Shown here one piece after another: positions 53,594-62,849 of a stretch of 64,000 nucleotides of DNA (its first letter is position 1; each line of letters opens with the position of its first letter). The notes under the pieces are model-generated. The model worked only from the letters and a program-made list of their open reading frames with translations, had not been told where the DNA came from and did no database searches. Position numbers and translations under genes: made by a program. Source of the stretch: Bacillota bacterium (GTDB taxonomy: Bacteria; Bacillota; Clostridia; Christensenellales; UMGS416); the NCBI GenBank assembly GCA_023435705.1, contig JAEYRH010000009.1, forward strand, positions 264,572-328,571. The letters run 5' to 3'.

Positions 53594-55297
53594 ATGCCGC
53601 AATCCACTTATGAGTATGTATTATTGTTCGCTGCCCTGATCCTGGGCGCGGTTGTTGTATCAATCGTTGTGCGCCGAACGCAAAGCGCTCGCCGCCGCCG
53701 ATGGCTCGTGCGCCAGTGGGGTGAGCCGGTTGACCGGAAATACACCCCCAACGAAATGATCCATATCCGCAGTCAGGCATCACTGCTGTCGGGCGGATTT
53801 GCCGTGGACAGCACCACCTGGAACGACCTGGACATGGACAAACTCTATGAACGGGCCAACCACACGCTGACAGACGCCGGTGACCACATGCTCTACGCGA
53901 TGCTTCGCACGCCGCTCACCGATCCGGCGGAACTGGAGAAGCGGCGCAAGCTCATCGCTTGGGCCGGTGAGGACGAGAAGGGCCGCGAGCGCCTGAAGGG
54001 TATGCTCTATGACCTGGGGCGTGATGGCTCGGTGGATTTGCAGGGTCTGTTTTCCGGCGACTGGTACCGGGCTTCCAGGTTGGTTGGCTGTGTGGCGCTG
54101 AGCGCCGGGCTCGTGCTGGCCATTGTGCTGAGTCTTTTCGGTGTTGTGGCTGCGGTGATGCCTGCCATCCTGCTGGCCATCGCCAATATGATCATCGCGA
54201 TGCGCGCCCGCGCCGCCATCGGCAGCTATCTCAACCTCACGCAACAGATTCCGCCGCTGCTCAATACCGCCCGCCGCGTAGCCCAGGCCGGTGTGCCGGG
54301 ATTTGAGGAGGAGTCAGAACGCATGACAGCGCTCCTGAAACCGCTCAGAAGCATACTGCGCAGCAATCTGCAGGTGTTTTATAGCAGTGCCTACAGCTCC
54401 GCCGATGCGTTCCTATATTTCAAGCTGTTCTTCCTGCTGGAGCTGATCAGCTACTACCGGCTGGCCCGGGCGATTGCACGCCACCGGGAGGAGATCCTGG
54501 AGGCCTGCCGCTTTGTGGGCACGGTGGATGCGCTGCTATCCACGGCCAGTTGGCGTGAAACACTGCCGCAATGGTATGAGCCGGAGTTTGAGAACAGCGG
54601 GAGCAAGCCATCTCTCTCATTTGAGGAGATGACGCACCCTTTGCTCAAAGGTGCTGTGCCCAATGATGCGGAGCTCAACCACAATCTGCTGCTCACCGGA
54701 TCCAACGCCACCGGCAAATCCACCTTTCTCAAGGCGGTGGCGTTGAACGCCGTGCTGGCCCAAAGCCTTTGCACCGTTACGGCAGCCAGCTGGCAAGGTA
54801 GCTTCTTCCGGGTCTACACCTCCATGGCGCTGCGCGATGACCTGTTTCGGGATGAAAGTTACTTCATCACCGAGATCAAGACGTTGAAGCGCATGCTGGA
54901 TAACCTGGATGACGGCACACCTTGCCTGTGCATCGTGGACGAGGTGTTGCGCGGCACAAACACCGGCGAGCGCATCGCTGCGGCCAGCGAGGCATTGCTG
55001 CAGTTTTCCCGGCAGAATTGCCTGTGCCTGGCCGCGACGCACGACATCGAGCTCACCCACATTCTTGATGGCGTCTATGAAAACATGCACTTCACTGAGT
55101 TCGTGGAAGACGGCGCGATCCGCTTCGACTACAAGATTCGCCCGGGCCGCTCCCAGAGCCGCAACGCGATCAAGCTGCTGGAGTTGCTGGGATATGGCGA
55201 TGAGTTGGTGGCTGCCGCCAACCGAAGGCTGGAGAGTTTTGAAAAAACCGGCCGTTGGGCAGCCGCCGGCGAATATGGCCGGTCTGCCGGTCAATAG
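53594..55297 (+). CDS. Membrane-anchored MutS-related ATPase (MutS domain V only)
   Basis: ATG 53594 after GAGGAGG. N-terminal TM (YVLLFAALILGAVVVSIVV) plus a TM pair (~res 150-205). Walker A LTGSNATGKSTFLKAV, Walker B CIVDEVLRGTNTGER. No mismatch-binding, connector or Smr domains. Confidence 0.82.
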   Translation: MPQSTYEYVLLFAALILGAVVVSIVVRRTQSARRRRWLVRQWGEPVDRKYTPNEMIHIRSQASLLSGGFAVDSTTWNDLDMDKLYERANHTLTDAGDHMLYAMLRTPLTDPAELEKRRKLIAWAGEDEKGRERLKGMLYDLGRDGSVDLQGLFSGDWYRASRLVGCVALSAGLVLAIVLSLFGVVAAVMPAILLAIANMIIAMRARAAIGSYLNLTQQIPPLLNTARRVAQAGVPGFEEESERMTALLKPLRSILRSNLQVFYSSAYSSADAFLYFKLFFLLELISYYRLARAIARHREEILEACRFVGTVDALLSTASWRETLPQWYEPEFENSGSKPSLSFEEMTHPLLKGAVPNDAELNHNLLLTGSNATGKSTFLKAVALNAVLAQSLCTVTAASWQGSFFRVYTSMALRDDLFRDESYFITEIKTLKRMLDNLDDGTPCLCIVDEVLRGTNTGERIAAASEALLQFSRQNCLCLAATHDIELTHILDGVYENMHFTEFVEDGAIRFDYKIRPGRSQSRNAIKLLELLGYGDELVAAANRRLESFEKTGRWAAAGEYGRSAGQ

Positions 55298-55325
55298 TAT
55301 TCCTATCAACACAATCGGAGGAAGT

Positions 55326-55808
55326 ATGGGGAAACTGACTGAGCTGCGCAATGCTGTGAATGGAATCCTGTTTCAACAGGCTGATCAGGCCTTGCAGGCA
55401 GAAGGCTGGTCGCACCTCTACGGTGTGTCGCAAACAGCGGCGCTGCTGGCCTCTCATCGGGCCCTGGACGCAGGTACATGTGCCGCGGCGGGGCTGCTGC
55501 ACGACATCTATTCGGTTCGCACCGGCGAGGAGGCCGATCACGCACTGCACGGTGCGGCGGATGCTGCCCGGATCCTGGCTGCGATTCCAGGCTATGATGA
55601 GCAGGAGCGCGACAGCATTTGCCATATGATCCTGCGCCACAGCGATAAGGAGGCCATTGACTGCCCGCTGGAGGAATGCCTGAAGGATGCCGACGTGCTG
55701 GCCCACTGGCTGTTTGAACGGGAAAAGAAATTCAACCGGGCCAAGGCTGTGCGCATCCGCAAAGTGATAAAAGAGTTGGGGTTCGAAGGCAACGTGCGGG
55801 AGGAATAG
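55326..55808 (+). CDS. HD domain protein
   Basis: ATG 55326 after GGAGGAAG, 28 nt after the MutS-like stop. HLYGVSQTA...GLLHDI...HALHGA...ILRHSD. Confidence 0.78.
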   Translation: MGKLTELRNAVNGILFQQADQALQAEGWSHLYGVSQTAALLASHRALDAGTCAAAGLLHDIYSVRTGEEADHALHGAADAARILAAIPGYDEQERDSICHMILRHSDKEAIDCPLEECLKDADVLAHWLFEREKKFNRAKAVRIRKVIKELGFEGNVREE

Positions 55809-55887
55809 GATACTCCTTCGCCTGTTTGACAAACTACCAACACCAGACTTATAGTATTAAAGACTTGGAACAAATTGGGAGGCAACA

Positions 55888-56682
55888 ATGTCCCACTGTG
55901 CAGGATGTGCCAACAGCGGCAAGTGCTCGCCGGACAAGCAGTCACATTGCGGTGTTGAGAACAATGAGAATAACCAAATCGGCAAAGTCATCGCCGTGAT
56001 GAGCGGCAAGGGCGGCGTGGGCAAATCCACCGTTACGGCGCTGCTGGCCCGGGCTATGAAGCGCCAGGGCCTTAATGTGGGAGTGATGGACGCCGACATC
56101 ACCGGCCCCAGCATCCCAAGGCTTATGGGCGTGCAGGGCAAGACGGTGGACAACGGCATGTTTGGCCTGCTGCCGCCGGAGGATGAATATGGCATTCCAG
56201 CCATGAGCCTGAACCTGCTGCTTGAGAGCGAAGACCAACCGGTGATCTGGCGCGGGCCGGTGATCACCGGCGTGGTCACCCAGTTCTGGAAGGATGTGTT
56301 CTGGGGCAAGCTGGATGTGCTATTGATCGACCTGCCGCCGGGCACCGGCGACGTAGCGCTCACCGTGCTGCAAAGCCTGCCTGTATCCGGCGTTGTGCTG
56401 GTGAGCGTGGCGGACAGCATGGTCTCCATGATCGTGAAAAAGGCGCTCAATATGGCCCGCAAGCTGGATGTGCCAGTGCTTGGCGTGGTGCAGAACATGG
56501 TATACGCCAAGTGCGCCTGCGGCGACAAGGTGCCGCTGTTTGACGACTCGAGCGCCCGCGAGGCGTTGGCTGCTGAAGGTTTGCCCCTTCTGGCTGAGCT
56601 GCCCTTCATGAAGGGTCTGGAGAAGGGCAACACCGAGGCGGATGCCGCAATGGACATCGCCGCCACCATCCTGCTGCAATAA
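55888..56682 (+). CDS. Mrp/NBP35 (ApbC) family Fe-S cluster carrier ATPase
   Basis: N-terminal Cys-rich segment CAGCANSGKCS...HCG, deviant Walker A VMSGKGGVGKST, CACG motif. Confidence 0.9.
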   Translation: MSHCAGCANSGKCSPDKQSHCGVENNENNQIGKVIAVMSGKGGVGKSTVTALLARAMKRQGLNVGVMDADITGPSIPRLMGVQGKTVDNGMFGLLPPEDEYGIPAMSLNLLLESEDQPVIWRGPVITGVVTQFWKDVFWGKLDVLLIDLPPGTGDVALTVLQSLPVSGVVLVSVADSMVSMIVKKALNMARKLDVPVLGVVQNMVYAKCACGDKVPLFDDSSAREALAAEGLPLLAELPFMKGLEKGNTEADAAMDIAATILLQ

Positions 56683-56711
56683 CCGAGCAAATCCATAAAC
56701 AGGAGGCTCCC

Positions 56712-58487
56712 ATGCGCTGGAACCTGGACGCCATTTATCCCTCGTTCGAAAGCCCCGAATTCCGGTCCGACTGCATAGCGGTGGAAGCGATGGCCGAAGA
56801 GCTGAACAGGGCTTGCGCAAGCCTGGCCGGCAGCTCCGGCAAGGAGCTGCTCGCTGTAGTGAAACTGCTGGAGCGCTACCAGTTGGTGCTGCGCCGAGCG
56901 GCTGCCTACTGCTTTTTGATCCAATCGGTGGAGGCGGAGAACTCCGACGCGCAGGCGTGGATTGAAAAGCTGATGGCTACAGACGCTGAGTCGGTGCCGG
57001 CGGTCACGCTGTTCCGTCAATACCTGGGCGGCCTGGGCGAGGGGCTTGGCACCGTCATCGCATCGGAGCCGGCGTTGAAGGAATTTGAATTCTTCCTCCT
57101 GGAGAACCAGGCTGCCGCCCGCTACATGCTTTCTGCCGATGTGGAAAAGGCGCTGTCGCTGATGGAGATCACCGGCTCACAGGCCTGGTCCAACCTGCAA
57201 AACACGCTCACCAGCACGGTGACCGCCGAGCTGGAGCAGGACGGTGAAACCAAGGCGCTCACACTGCCGATGGTGCGCAACCTGGCCTATGATGAAAATG
57301 CTGATGTTCGCCGAAAAGCCTATGAAGCGGAGCTCAAGTGCTACGCCAAGGTGGACAGGGCTGTGGCCGCGTGCCTCAATGGCATCAAGGGCGAGGTGAT
57401 CGCCAAATGCCGCATGCGGGGTTTTGCCTCGCCGCTGGAGCAGACGCTCTTCACCTCCCGTATGGACCGCGCCACACTGGATGCGATGATCGGCGCGATG
57501 GAGGAGAGCCTGCCGGTTTTCCGGGGTTATCTCAAGGCCAAGGCCAAGCTCCTTGGGAAGGGCAGCCTGCCGTTTTATGACCTGTTTGCGCCGGTGGGCA
57601 GTGTGTCAAAAAAGTATACGCTGGAAGAGGCGCGGGCCTATCTTGTGGAAACATTCAAGGGCTTCAGCGGCAAAATGGCTGACTTCATCGACAGTGCCTT
57701 TGAGCATCAATGGCTGGACACCGAGCCCCGCGAAGGCAAGACCGGCGGCGCGTTCTGTGACTCCATCCATGCCATCGGCCAGCCCCGCATCCTATCCAAC
57801 TTCAACGGCAGCTTCAACGCCGTCTCCACGCTGGCCCACGAGCTCGGCCACGGCTACCATGGCCACTGCATGCAGGGTGTCAGCGTGCTCAACACCGACT
57901 ACCCGATGCAGCTTGCCGAAACGGCTTCCATCTTCAACGAGACGTTTCTATATGGCAACGCGATCGAAAATGCCGCCGATGAGAGTGAGAAGCTGGCGCT
58001 GCTGGAATCGGAGCTCATGGAGAGCACCCAGGTGGTTGTGGATATCCTGAGCCGTTATTACTTTGAGACGGAGGTGTTCCGCCGCCGGGAAAGCGGCACG
58101 ATGAGCGCCGAGGATCTCAAGGAAATCATGCTGGACGCCCAGCGCCGCGCCTATGGCGACGGGCTGGACCAAAGCCTGCTGCACCCCTATATGTGGCTAT
58201 GCAAGGGCCACTACTACATGGGTGTGAATTTCTACAACTTCCCCTATGCTTTCGGGTTGTTGTTTGGCCTGGGCGTCTATGGCCTCTATAAGGAGCAGGG
58301 GGGAGCATTCCTGCCGGTCTACGACAAGCTCCTGGCGGCCACCGGCAGCGAAGACATCGCCACCGTGTGCGCCTCGGTGGGAATTGACGTGCGTGACAGG
58401 GCGTTCTGGCGCAAATCGCTGGATGTGATCCGCGGCAAGGCGGAGGAGTTTGCAGCGCTGGCCGGGCGCGTCGGTGCAGTTTCGTAA
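56712..58487 (+). CDS. M3 family oligoendopeptidase (PepF-like)
   Basis: 591 aa. Zinc site TLAHELGHGYH with downstream E (AETASIFNE). Confidence 0.9.
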   Translation: MRWNLDAIYPSFESPEFRSDCIAVEAMAEELNRACASLAGSSGKELLAVVKLLERYQLVLRRAAAYCFLIQSVEAENSDAQAWIEKLMATDAESVPAVTLFRQYLGGLGEGLGTVIASEPALKEFEFFLLENQAAARYMLSADVEKALSLMEITGSQAWSNLQNTLTSTVTAELEQDGETKALTLPMVRNLAYDENADVRRKAYEAELKCYAKVDRAVAACLNGIKGEVIAKCRMRGFASPLEQTLFTSRMDRATLDAMIGAMEESLPVFRGYLKAKAKLLGKGSLPFYDLFAPVGSVSKKYTLEEARAYLVETFKGFSGKMADFIDSAFEHQWLDTEPREGKTGGAFCDSIHAIGQPRILSNFNGSFNAVSTLAHELGHGYHGHCMQGVSVLNTDYPMQLAETASIFNETFLYGNAIENAADESEKLALLESELMESTQVVVDILSRYYFETEVFRRRESGTMSAEDLKEIMLDAQRRAYGDGLDQSLLHPYMWLCKGHYYMGVNFYNFPYAFGLLFGLGVYGLYKEQGGAFLPVYDKLLAATGSEDIATVCASVGIDVRDRAFWRKSLDVIRGKAEEFAALAGRVGAVS

Positions 58488-58600
58488 CATGACTCACCGA
58501 ACTGGCAGCCGGGTGATATTATAATGAATCAGGAGATGCCCCATGCCGGGCCGCTTAGGGCGAAACACCTTAATTTCGCCTAAATTGCGCTCTGTATCGG

Positions 58601-58629
58601 TTGCGTGGCATTATGAGGCATGCTATAAT
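58601..58629 (+). promoter_or_regulatory. ftsH promoter
   Basis: TTGCGT (58601-58606), 17-nt spacer, TATAAT (58624-58629). Confidence 0.5.
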
Positions 58630-58681
58630 TTTTTACTATGGTGTTATCTATTGTTAGCACAGTTTCAGGAGGATCTGAATA

Positions 58682-60577
58682 GTGAAGAACTCATTCGCCC
58701 GCGGGTTGATCTTGTTGATCGGTATCATCGCCGTTGTGGTTGTGATGTCCGTTTTTGTGGGGGGTAACCTGAGCGCAAGCAAAGGTGAGAAGAAGGACAT
58801 TTCATATCGCGAATTTCTGGACAAGGTCAAAGCGGATGGCGTGAAAATCGTCAACATTGTGGAAGAAGATGGCGTCTTGGTAGGCCTGAAAACAGACACC
58901 AAGGTTGCAGACGCTGATTTTCCCAAGGCCACCTATGATTTCAAGACCCAACTTCCGAAGGACTATGAAAAGGACATCAACGGCATCTATGCCACCAAGA
59001 CCGGCAAGAAGGCAGACGAAATCACCAAGAACGACTGGGTGTTTGGCCTGAAATACCTGCCGCTGCCCAAGGAATCCTGGCTGACGATGTTGCTGCCTTA
59101 TCTGATCACGCTGGTGATCATCGGGGCGATGTATTTTCTGTTTATGCGCCAGATGCAGGGCAGCGCCAACAAGGCGATGAGCTTTGGCAAGAGCCGTGCC
59201 ACGATGGTGGAAGGCAACCAGCGCACCGTCACCTTCGCCGATGTGGCTGGCGCCGATGAGGAGAAGGAAGAACTGGCGGAGATCGTTGAATTTTTGAAAA
59301 ACCCCCAGAAGTTCATGGAGCTGGGGGCCCGCATCCCCAAGGGCGTGCTGCTGGTGGGCCCTCCCGGCACAGGCAAGACGTTGCTGGCAAGGGCTGTTTC
59401 CGGTGAGGCCGGTGTGCCGTTCTTCACGATTTCCGGCTCCGACTTCGTGGAGCTGTATGTGGGCGTGGGTGCATCCCGCGTGCGCGATCTGTTTGAGCGA
59501 GCCAAGCGCAATACGCCTTGCATTGTGTTCATTGACGAGATCGACGCGGTGGGCCGCCATCGCGGTGCAGGCATGGGCGGCGGACACGATGAGCGTGAGC
59601 AGACACTGAACCAGTTGCTGGTCGAGATGGATGGCTTCAACATCAATGAGGGCATTATCATCCTGGCCGCAACGAACCGGCCTGATATCCTGGATCCGGC
59701 GTTGCTGCGGCCCGGCCGCTTTGACCGGCAGGTCACTGTGACTTATCCCGACAGCCGCGGTCGTGAAGCCGTGTTGAAGGTGCATTCCCGCGGCAAGCCT
59801 TTGGCCCCTGACGTCAGCATGGAGACCATCGCCAAGATGACACCCATGTTCACCGGTGCCGATCTGGAAAACGTGATGAACGAGGCTGCCATTCTGGCTG
59901 CCCGCCGCAACCGTAAAACGATCACGATGGCCGAAATCGTTGAGGCGATCAACCGCGTGGCGATGGGCCCGGAAAAGAAGAGCCGCAAGGTGACCGAGCT
60001 GGACCGGAAGCTCGTGGCCTGCCATGAAGCCGGTCACGCGCTGGTGGCCTATCTGGTGCCCGGCACCGACCCTGTGCAGGAAGTTTCGATCATCCCCCGC
60101 GGCATGGCTGGCGGCTATACGCAGATGCTGCCCAATGAGGATTTTCATTACCGCACCAAGACCAAGCTCATGGGTGACATCGCCGTGGCAATGGGCGGCC
60201 ATGTGGCCGAGCGCATTTTGCTTGGCGACATCACCACCGGTGCGCAGAGCGACCTCAAGCACGCCAGCGACCTGGCCCGCAAGATGATCACCGAATATGG
60301 CATGAGCGATGAGCTCGGCCCGATCTATCTGGCGGAAGACAAGGAAATCTTTGTGGGCGCAAGCTTCGGCCGCACCCGCGAGTATTCCGAGCAGCTCTCC
60401 GCCAAGATCGACGCGGAGATCCACCGCCTGCTGGGCAGTGCCGAGCGTAGGGCTGCCGACATCGTGTCCGGTAATCTGGACAAGCTGCAGAGGATCATTG
60501 ACCGGCTGCTTGACAAGGAGAAGATCTCCGGTGAGGAATTTGCCGAGCTCATGAAGGAAGAGCCGGAGATAGCTTGA
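58682..60577 (+). CDS. ftsH: ATP-dependent zinc metalloprotease FtsH
   Basis: GTG start after AGGAGG. Two TM helices, AAA+ [23 protein letters not shown] region, HEAGHAL zinc site. Confidence 0.97.
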   Translation: MKNSFARGLILLIGIIAVVVVMSVFVGGNLSASKGEKKDISYREFLDKVKADGVKIVNIVEEDGVLVGLKTDTKVADADFPKATYDFKTQLPKDYEKDINGIYATKTGKKADEITKNDWVFGLKYLPLPKESWLTMLLPYLITLVIIGAMYFLFMRQMQGSANKAMSFGKSRATMVEGNQRTVTFADVAGADEEKEELAEIVEFLKNPQKFMELGARIPKGVLLVGPPGTGKTLLARAVSGEAGVPFFTISGSDFVELYVGVGASRVRDLFERAKRNTPCIVFIDEIDAVGRHRGAGMGGGHDEREQTLNQLLVEMDGFNINEGIIILAATNRPDILDPALLRPGRFDRQVTVTYPDSRGREAVLKVHSRGKPLAPDVSMETIAKMTPMFTGADLENVMNEAAILAARRNRKTITMAEIVEAINRVAMGPEKKSRKVTELDRKLVACHEAGHALVAYLVPGTDPVQEVSIIPRGMAGGYTQMLPNEDFHYRTKTKLMGDIAVAMGGHVAERILLGDITTGAQSDLKHASDLARKMITEYGMSDELGPIYLAEDKEIFVGASFGRTREYSEQLSAKIDAEIHRLLGSAERRAADIVSGNLDKLQRIIDRLLDKEKISGEEFAELMKEEPEIA

Positions 60578-60579
60578 AC

Positions 60580-60607
60580 CAGTAGTCAGTAGCCAGTAGT
60601 CAGTAAC
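60580..60607 (+). repeat. Heptanucleotide tandem repeat (CAGTAGY-like) x4
   Basis: CAGTAGT CAGTAGC CAGTAGT CAGTAAC, starting 3 nt after the ftsH stop. Confidence 0.85.
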
Positions 60608-60611
60608 CAAT

Positions 60612-60642
60612 GGGGAGCAGAAGTGATTCTGCTCCCTTTGTT
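60612..60642 (+). terminator. Intrinsic terminator after ftsH
   Basis: GGGAGCAG pairs with CTGCTCCC, 8-nt loop, then TTTGTT. Confidence 0.7.
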
Positions 60643-60714
60643 ACGGAACTGCTCGATCAAACGACTCGATGTATGGGCGGGGCTCTGTACCCGCCCGAAT
60701 TCATATAATTCCGT

Positions 60715-60746
60715 AAGGACGGACATTTGTGTCCGTCCTTTTTATT
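60715..60746 (+). terminator. Second strong terminator-like hairpin
   Basis: AAGGACGGACA-TTTG-TGTCCGTCCTT followed by TTTATTCTTT. It is preceded by a third hairpin, GGGCGGG-N8-CCCGCCC, at 60675-60696. Confidence 0.6.
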
Positions 60747-60863
60747 CTTTACAAAAATTTTCACAGGAGTGTTGCCGACGGGCAGACGTGAAATGCACAT
60801 ATCATGTGCCTGAAGCATTGGTTAACGCACTGGTTATTGGGAGGAGTAGGGTTAGAGTTTTAA

Positions 60864-61805
60864 TCACCCCGTAAACTCCTGCGCCACCAGCACATAGCGG
60901 TCGCCGCCAGCTGCCACACCCACACCAATCTTCTTGTATGCTGCTTTCAGGATAATGGCGCGGTGGCCGGCGGAGTTCATAAAGGATTCGTGGCAGAAGA
61001 TCGCGTTATGGTTGCCAAAGGAAATGTTCTCACCCATGTGCTTGAACTTGATCCCCAGCTTGCGGGCTTGGTCAAAGGGGCTTTTGCCCTCCGGTGTATA
61101 GTGGCTGAAATAATTGCGGTCTCGCATGTCTTTGCTGCGGGAGACAGCCAGCCTGGTGCTCTTCGCGTCGGCAGTGAGCGTCTTCAAGCCGTTTCGAACC
61201 CGCACAGCGTTCACAAGGTCAAGGCTAATGCGTTGGTAGCAAAGCACGGCTTTGTCATCCAGAGCAGGCCTGTCCAGCAGCATTCTAGTCTCTGCAGCCT
61301 TCGGCACAACCAGGATGCCCGTCACGCCGCCGCCCTTCAGGATGTCATAAAACACGATGATGAACTTGTCTCCGGCCTCAAAATAGTCTTTCTGATCGGC
61401 ATCGTTGAGGATATGCACAAGGTTATCCCGGCGGATATACTTGAGCGGCGTGCCCAGGATGGCCCGCACAGCCGCTTTTGCGGCATTCTGCTTGATACCC
61501 CTGTATGAAAGGTATATGGAGTTGCTATAGGCTCCCACAACCGTCACACCCGCCACGCCCACCAGCAAAAACTTATTGTAATCCTTGGCGTATACATACC
61601 AATAAAACCCATATTCGTTGCGTTCGATCCGCGTCGGCTTGCCATATTTTTTGATATAATCCTTAATGGGCATTCCCACGATATCCAGCATGGCCGGCAT
61701 CTCCCCGTATTCCAGTATATCCACAGTGTATTCTTCGAGTTGTGCTCCTGTTCGGCTCAGGCGGATATCCTGTTTTGCATGCGCACAAAAAGACAGGACA
61801 ACCAT
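60864..61805 (-). CDS. CAP/SCP domain protein with CAP-associated N-terminal domain (YkwD-like); start uncertain
   Basis: C-terminal NYFSHYTPEGKSPFDQARKLG...GENISFG...MNSAGHRAIIL (CAP). Upstream GMPIKDYIKKYGKPTRIERNEYGFYWYVY. No signal peptide in any candidate start. Confidence 0.75.
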   Translation of the reverse strand: MVVLSFCAHAKQDIRLSRTGAQLEEYTVDILEYGEMPAMLDIVGMPIKDYIKKYGKPTRIERNEYGFYWYVYAKDYNKFLLVGVAGVTVVGAYSNSIYLSYRGIKQNAAKAAVRAILGTPLKYIRRDNLVHILNDADQKDYFEAGDKFIIVFYDILKGGGVTGILVVPKAAETRMLLDRPALDDKAVLCYQRISLDLVNAVRVRNGLKTLTADAKSTRLAVSRSKDMRDRNYFSHYTPEGKSPFDQARKLGIKFKHMGENISFGNHNAIFCHESFMNSAGHRAIILKAAYKKIGVGVAAGGDRYVLVAQEFTG

Positions 61806-61844
61806 TGTCCTGATCCGGTATCATCATCACCGTGGAGGAAGCAA

Positions 61845-62708
61845 ATGGAATGGCTTGACAGCATGAACCGTGCGCTTGAGTATCTGGAGCAGGGCATGGA
61901 AGGCACTGTGGACATCGACGAGGCCGCGAAGCTGGCGTACTCGTCAAAGTTTCACTTTCAACGGATGTTCTCCATGCTCTGCGGCACCACTGTGGCCGAC
62001 TATGTGCGCGGGCGCAGGCTCACGCTGGCGGCGCAAGACCTGGCGTTTGGCGACTGCCGGGTGTTGGACATTGCGCTGAAATACGGCTATGAAACGCCGG
62101 AAGCGTTTGCCAGGGCGTTCCGCAGGTTTCATGGCGTCACACCCTCGGAGGCGCGCGAGCCGGGGGTCACACTCAAGTCCATTCCCCGCCTCCGGCTGAT
62201 CGTATCGGTGAAAGGAGCAACCAACATGGACTACAGGATTATCAGGAAAGACCCTTTCCGGGTCGTTGGAAAGTTTACCCGTGTGACCACGGCCGATGGC
62301 CAGAACTTTCAGATCTGCCCCCGGTTCTGGTCCCAATGCCACGCCGATGGCACTGTGGAAGCGCTGTGCGGCATCGCCGACGAACCGGTGATGATGAGCG
62401 TGGTGGCCAACTTCAGCCCTGACATGTCGGAGTTTGACTATTATGTGGCTGTGCCGAAGAAGGAGGGCGGTCTCTCCGAGGGGGTCTCGGAGCTCAACAT
62501 CCCGTCGCTCACCTGGGCGGTGTTTGACGCGGTGGGCCGCCTGCCCAATTCCATCCAGTCGCTGATGCCCAAGATCTATGGTGAGTGGTTCCCCGCTTCC
62601 AATTTCGAGCATGCTGACGGCCCTGAGATCGAGGTCTACCTTGAGGGCAGCATGGATGACGACAAGTATCGCTGCGAAGTGTGGATCCCCGTGGTGAAGA
62701 AGGGGTGA
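61845..62708 (+). CDS. AraC family transcriptional regulator with GyrI-like effector domain
   Basis: ATG 61845 after GGAGGAAG. HTH AAKLAYSSKFHFQRMFSMLCGTTVADYVRGRRL...YGYETPEAFARAFRRFHGVTPSEAR. C-terminal GyrI-like half. Confidence 0.88.
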   Translation: MEWLDSMNRALEYLEQGMEGTVDIDEAAKLAYSSKFHFQRMFSMLCGTTVADYVRGRRLTLAAQDLAFGDCRVLDIALKYGYETPEAFARAFRRFHGVTPSEAREPGVTLKSIPRLRLIVSVKGATNMDYRIIRKDPFRVVGKFTRVTTADGQNFQICPRFWSQCHADGTVEALCGIADEPVMMSVVANFSPDMSEFDYYVAVPKKEGGLSEGVSELNIPSLTWAVFDAVGRLPNSIQSLMPKIYGEWFPASNFEHADGPEIEVYLEGSMDDDKYRCEVWIPVVKKG

Positions 62709-62849
62709 TACCCCTCACAGAATCTTCTTCCCCAGTTTCCCAGTAGGGGCCGGGCTCCGCCCCGGCCCGTCATAGTTGAAACATCTCGTTCAATTCCATA
62801 TCGTATAAATTTGTCCATATCAGTCCTGTTGCTGATGAGAGGAGAAGAA

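Noticed and set aside
60580-60607. Possible CRISPR or other spaced repeat after ftsH.
   Set aside because: The units are 7 nt long, directly abutting and without spacers, so this is a microsatellite. No cas genes are present in the window.
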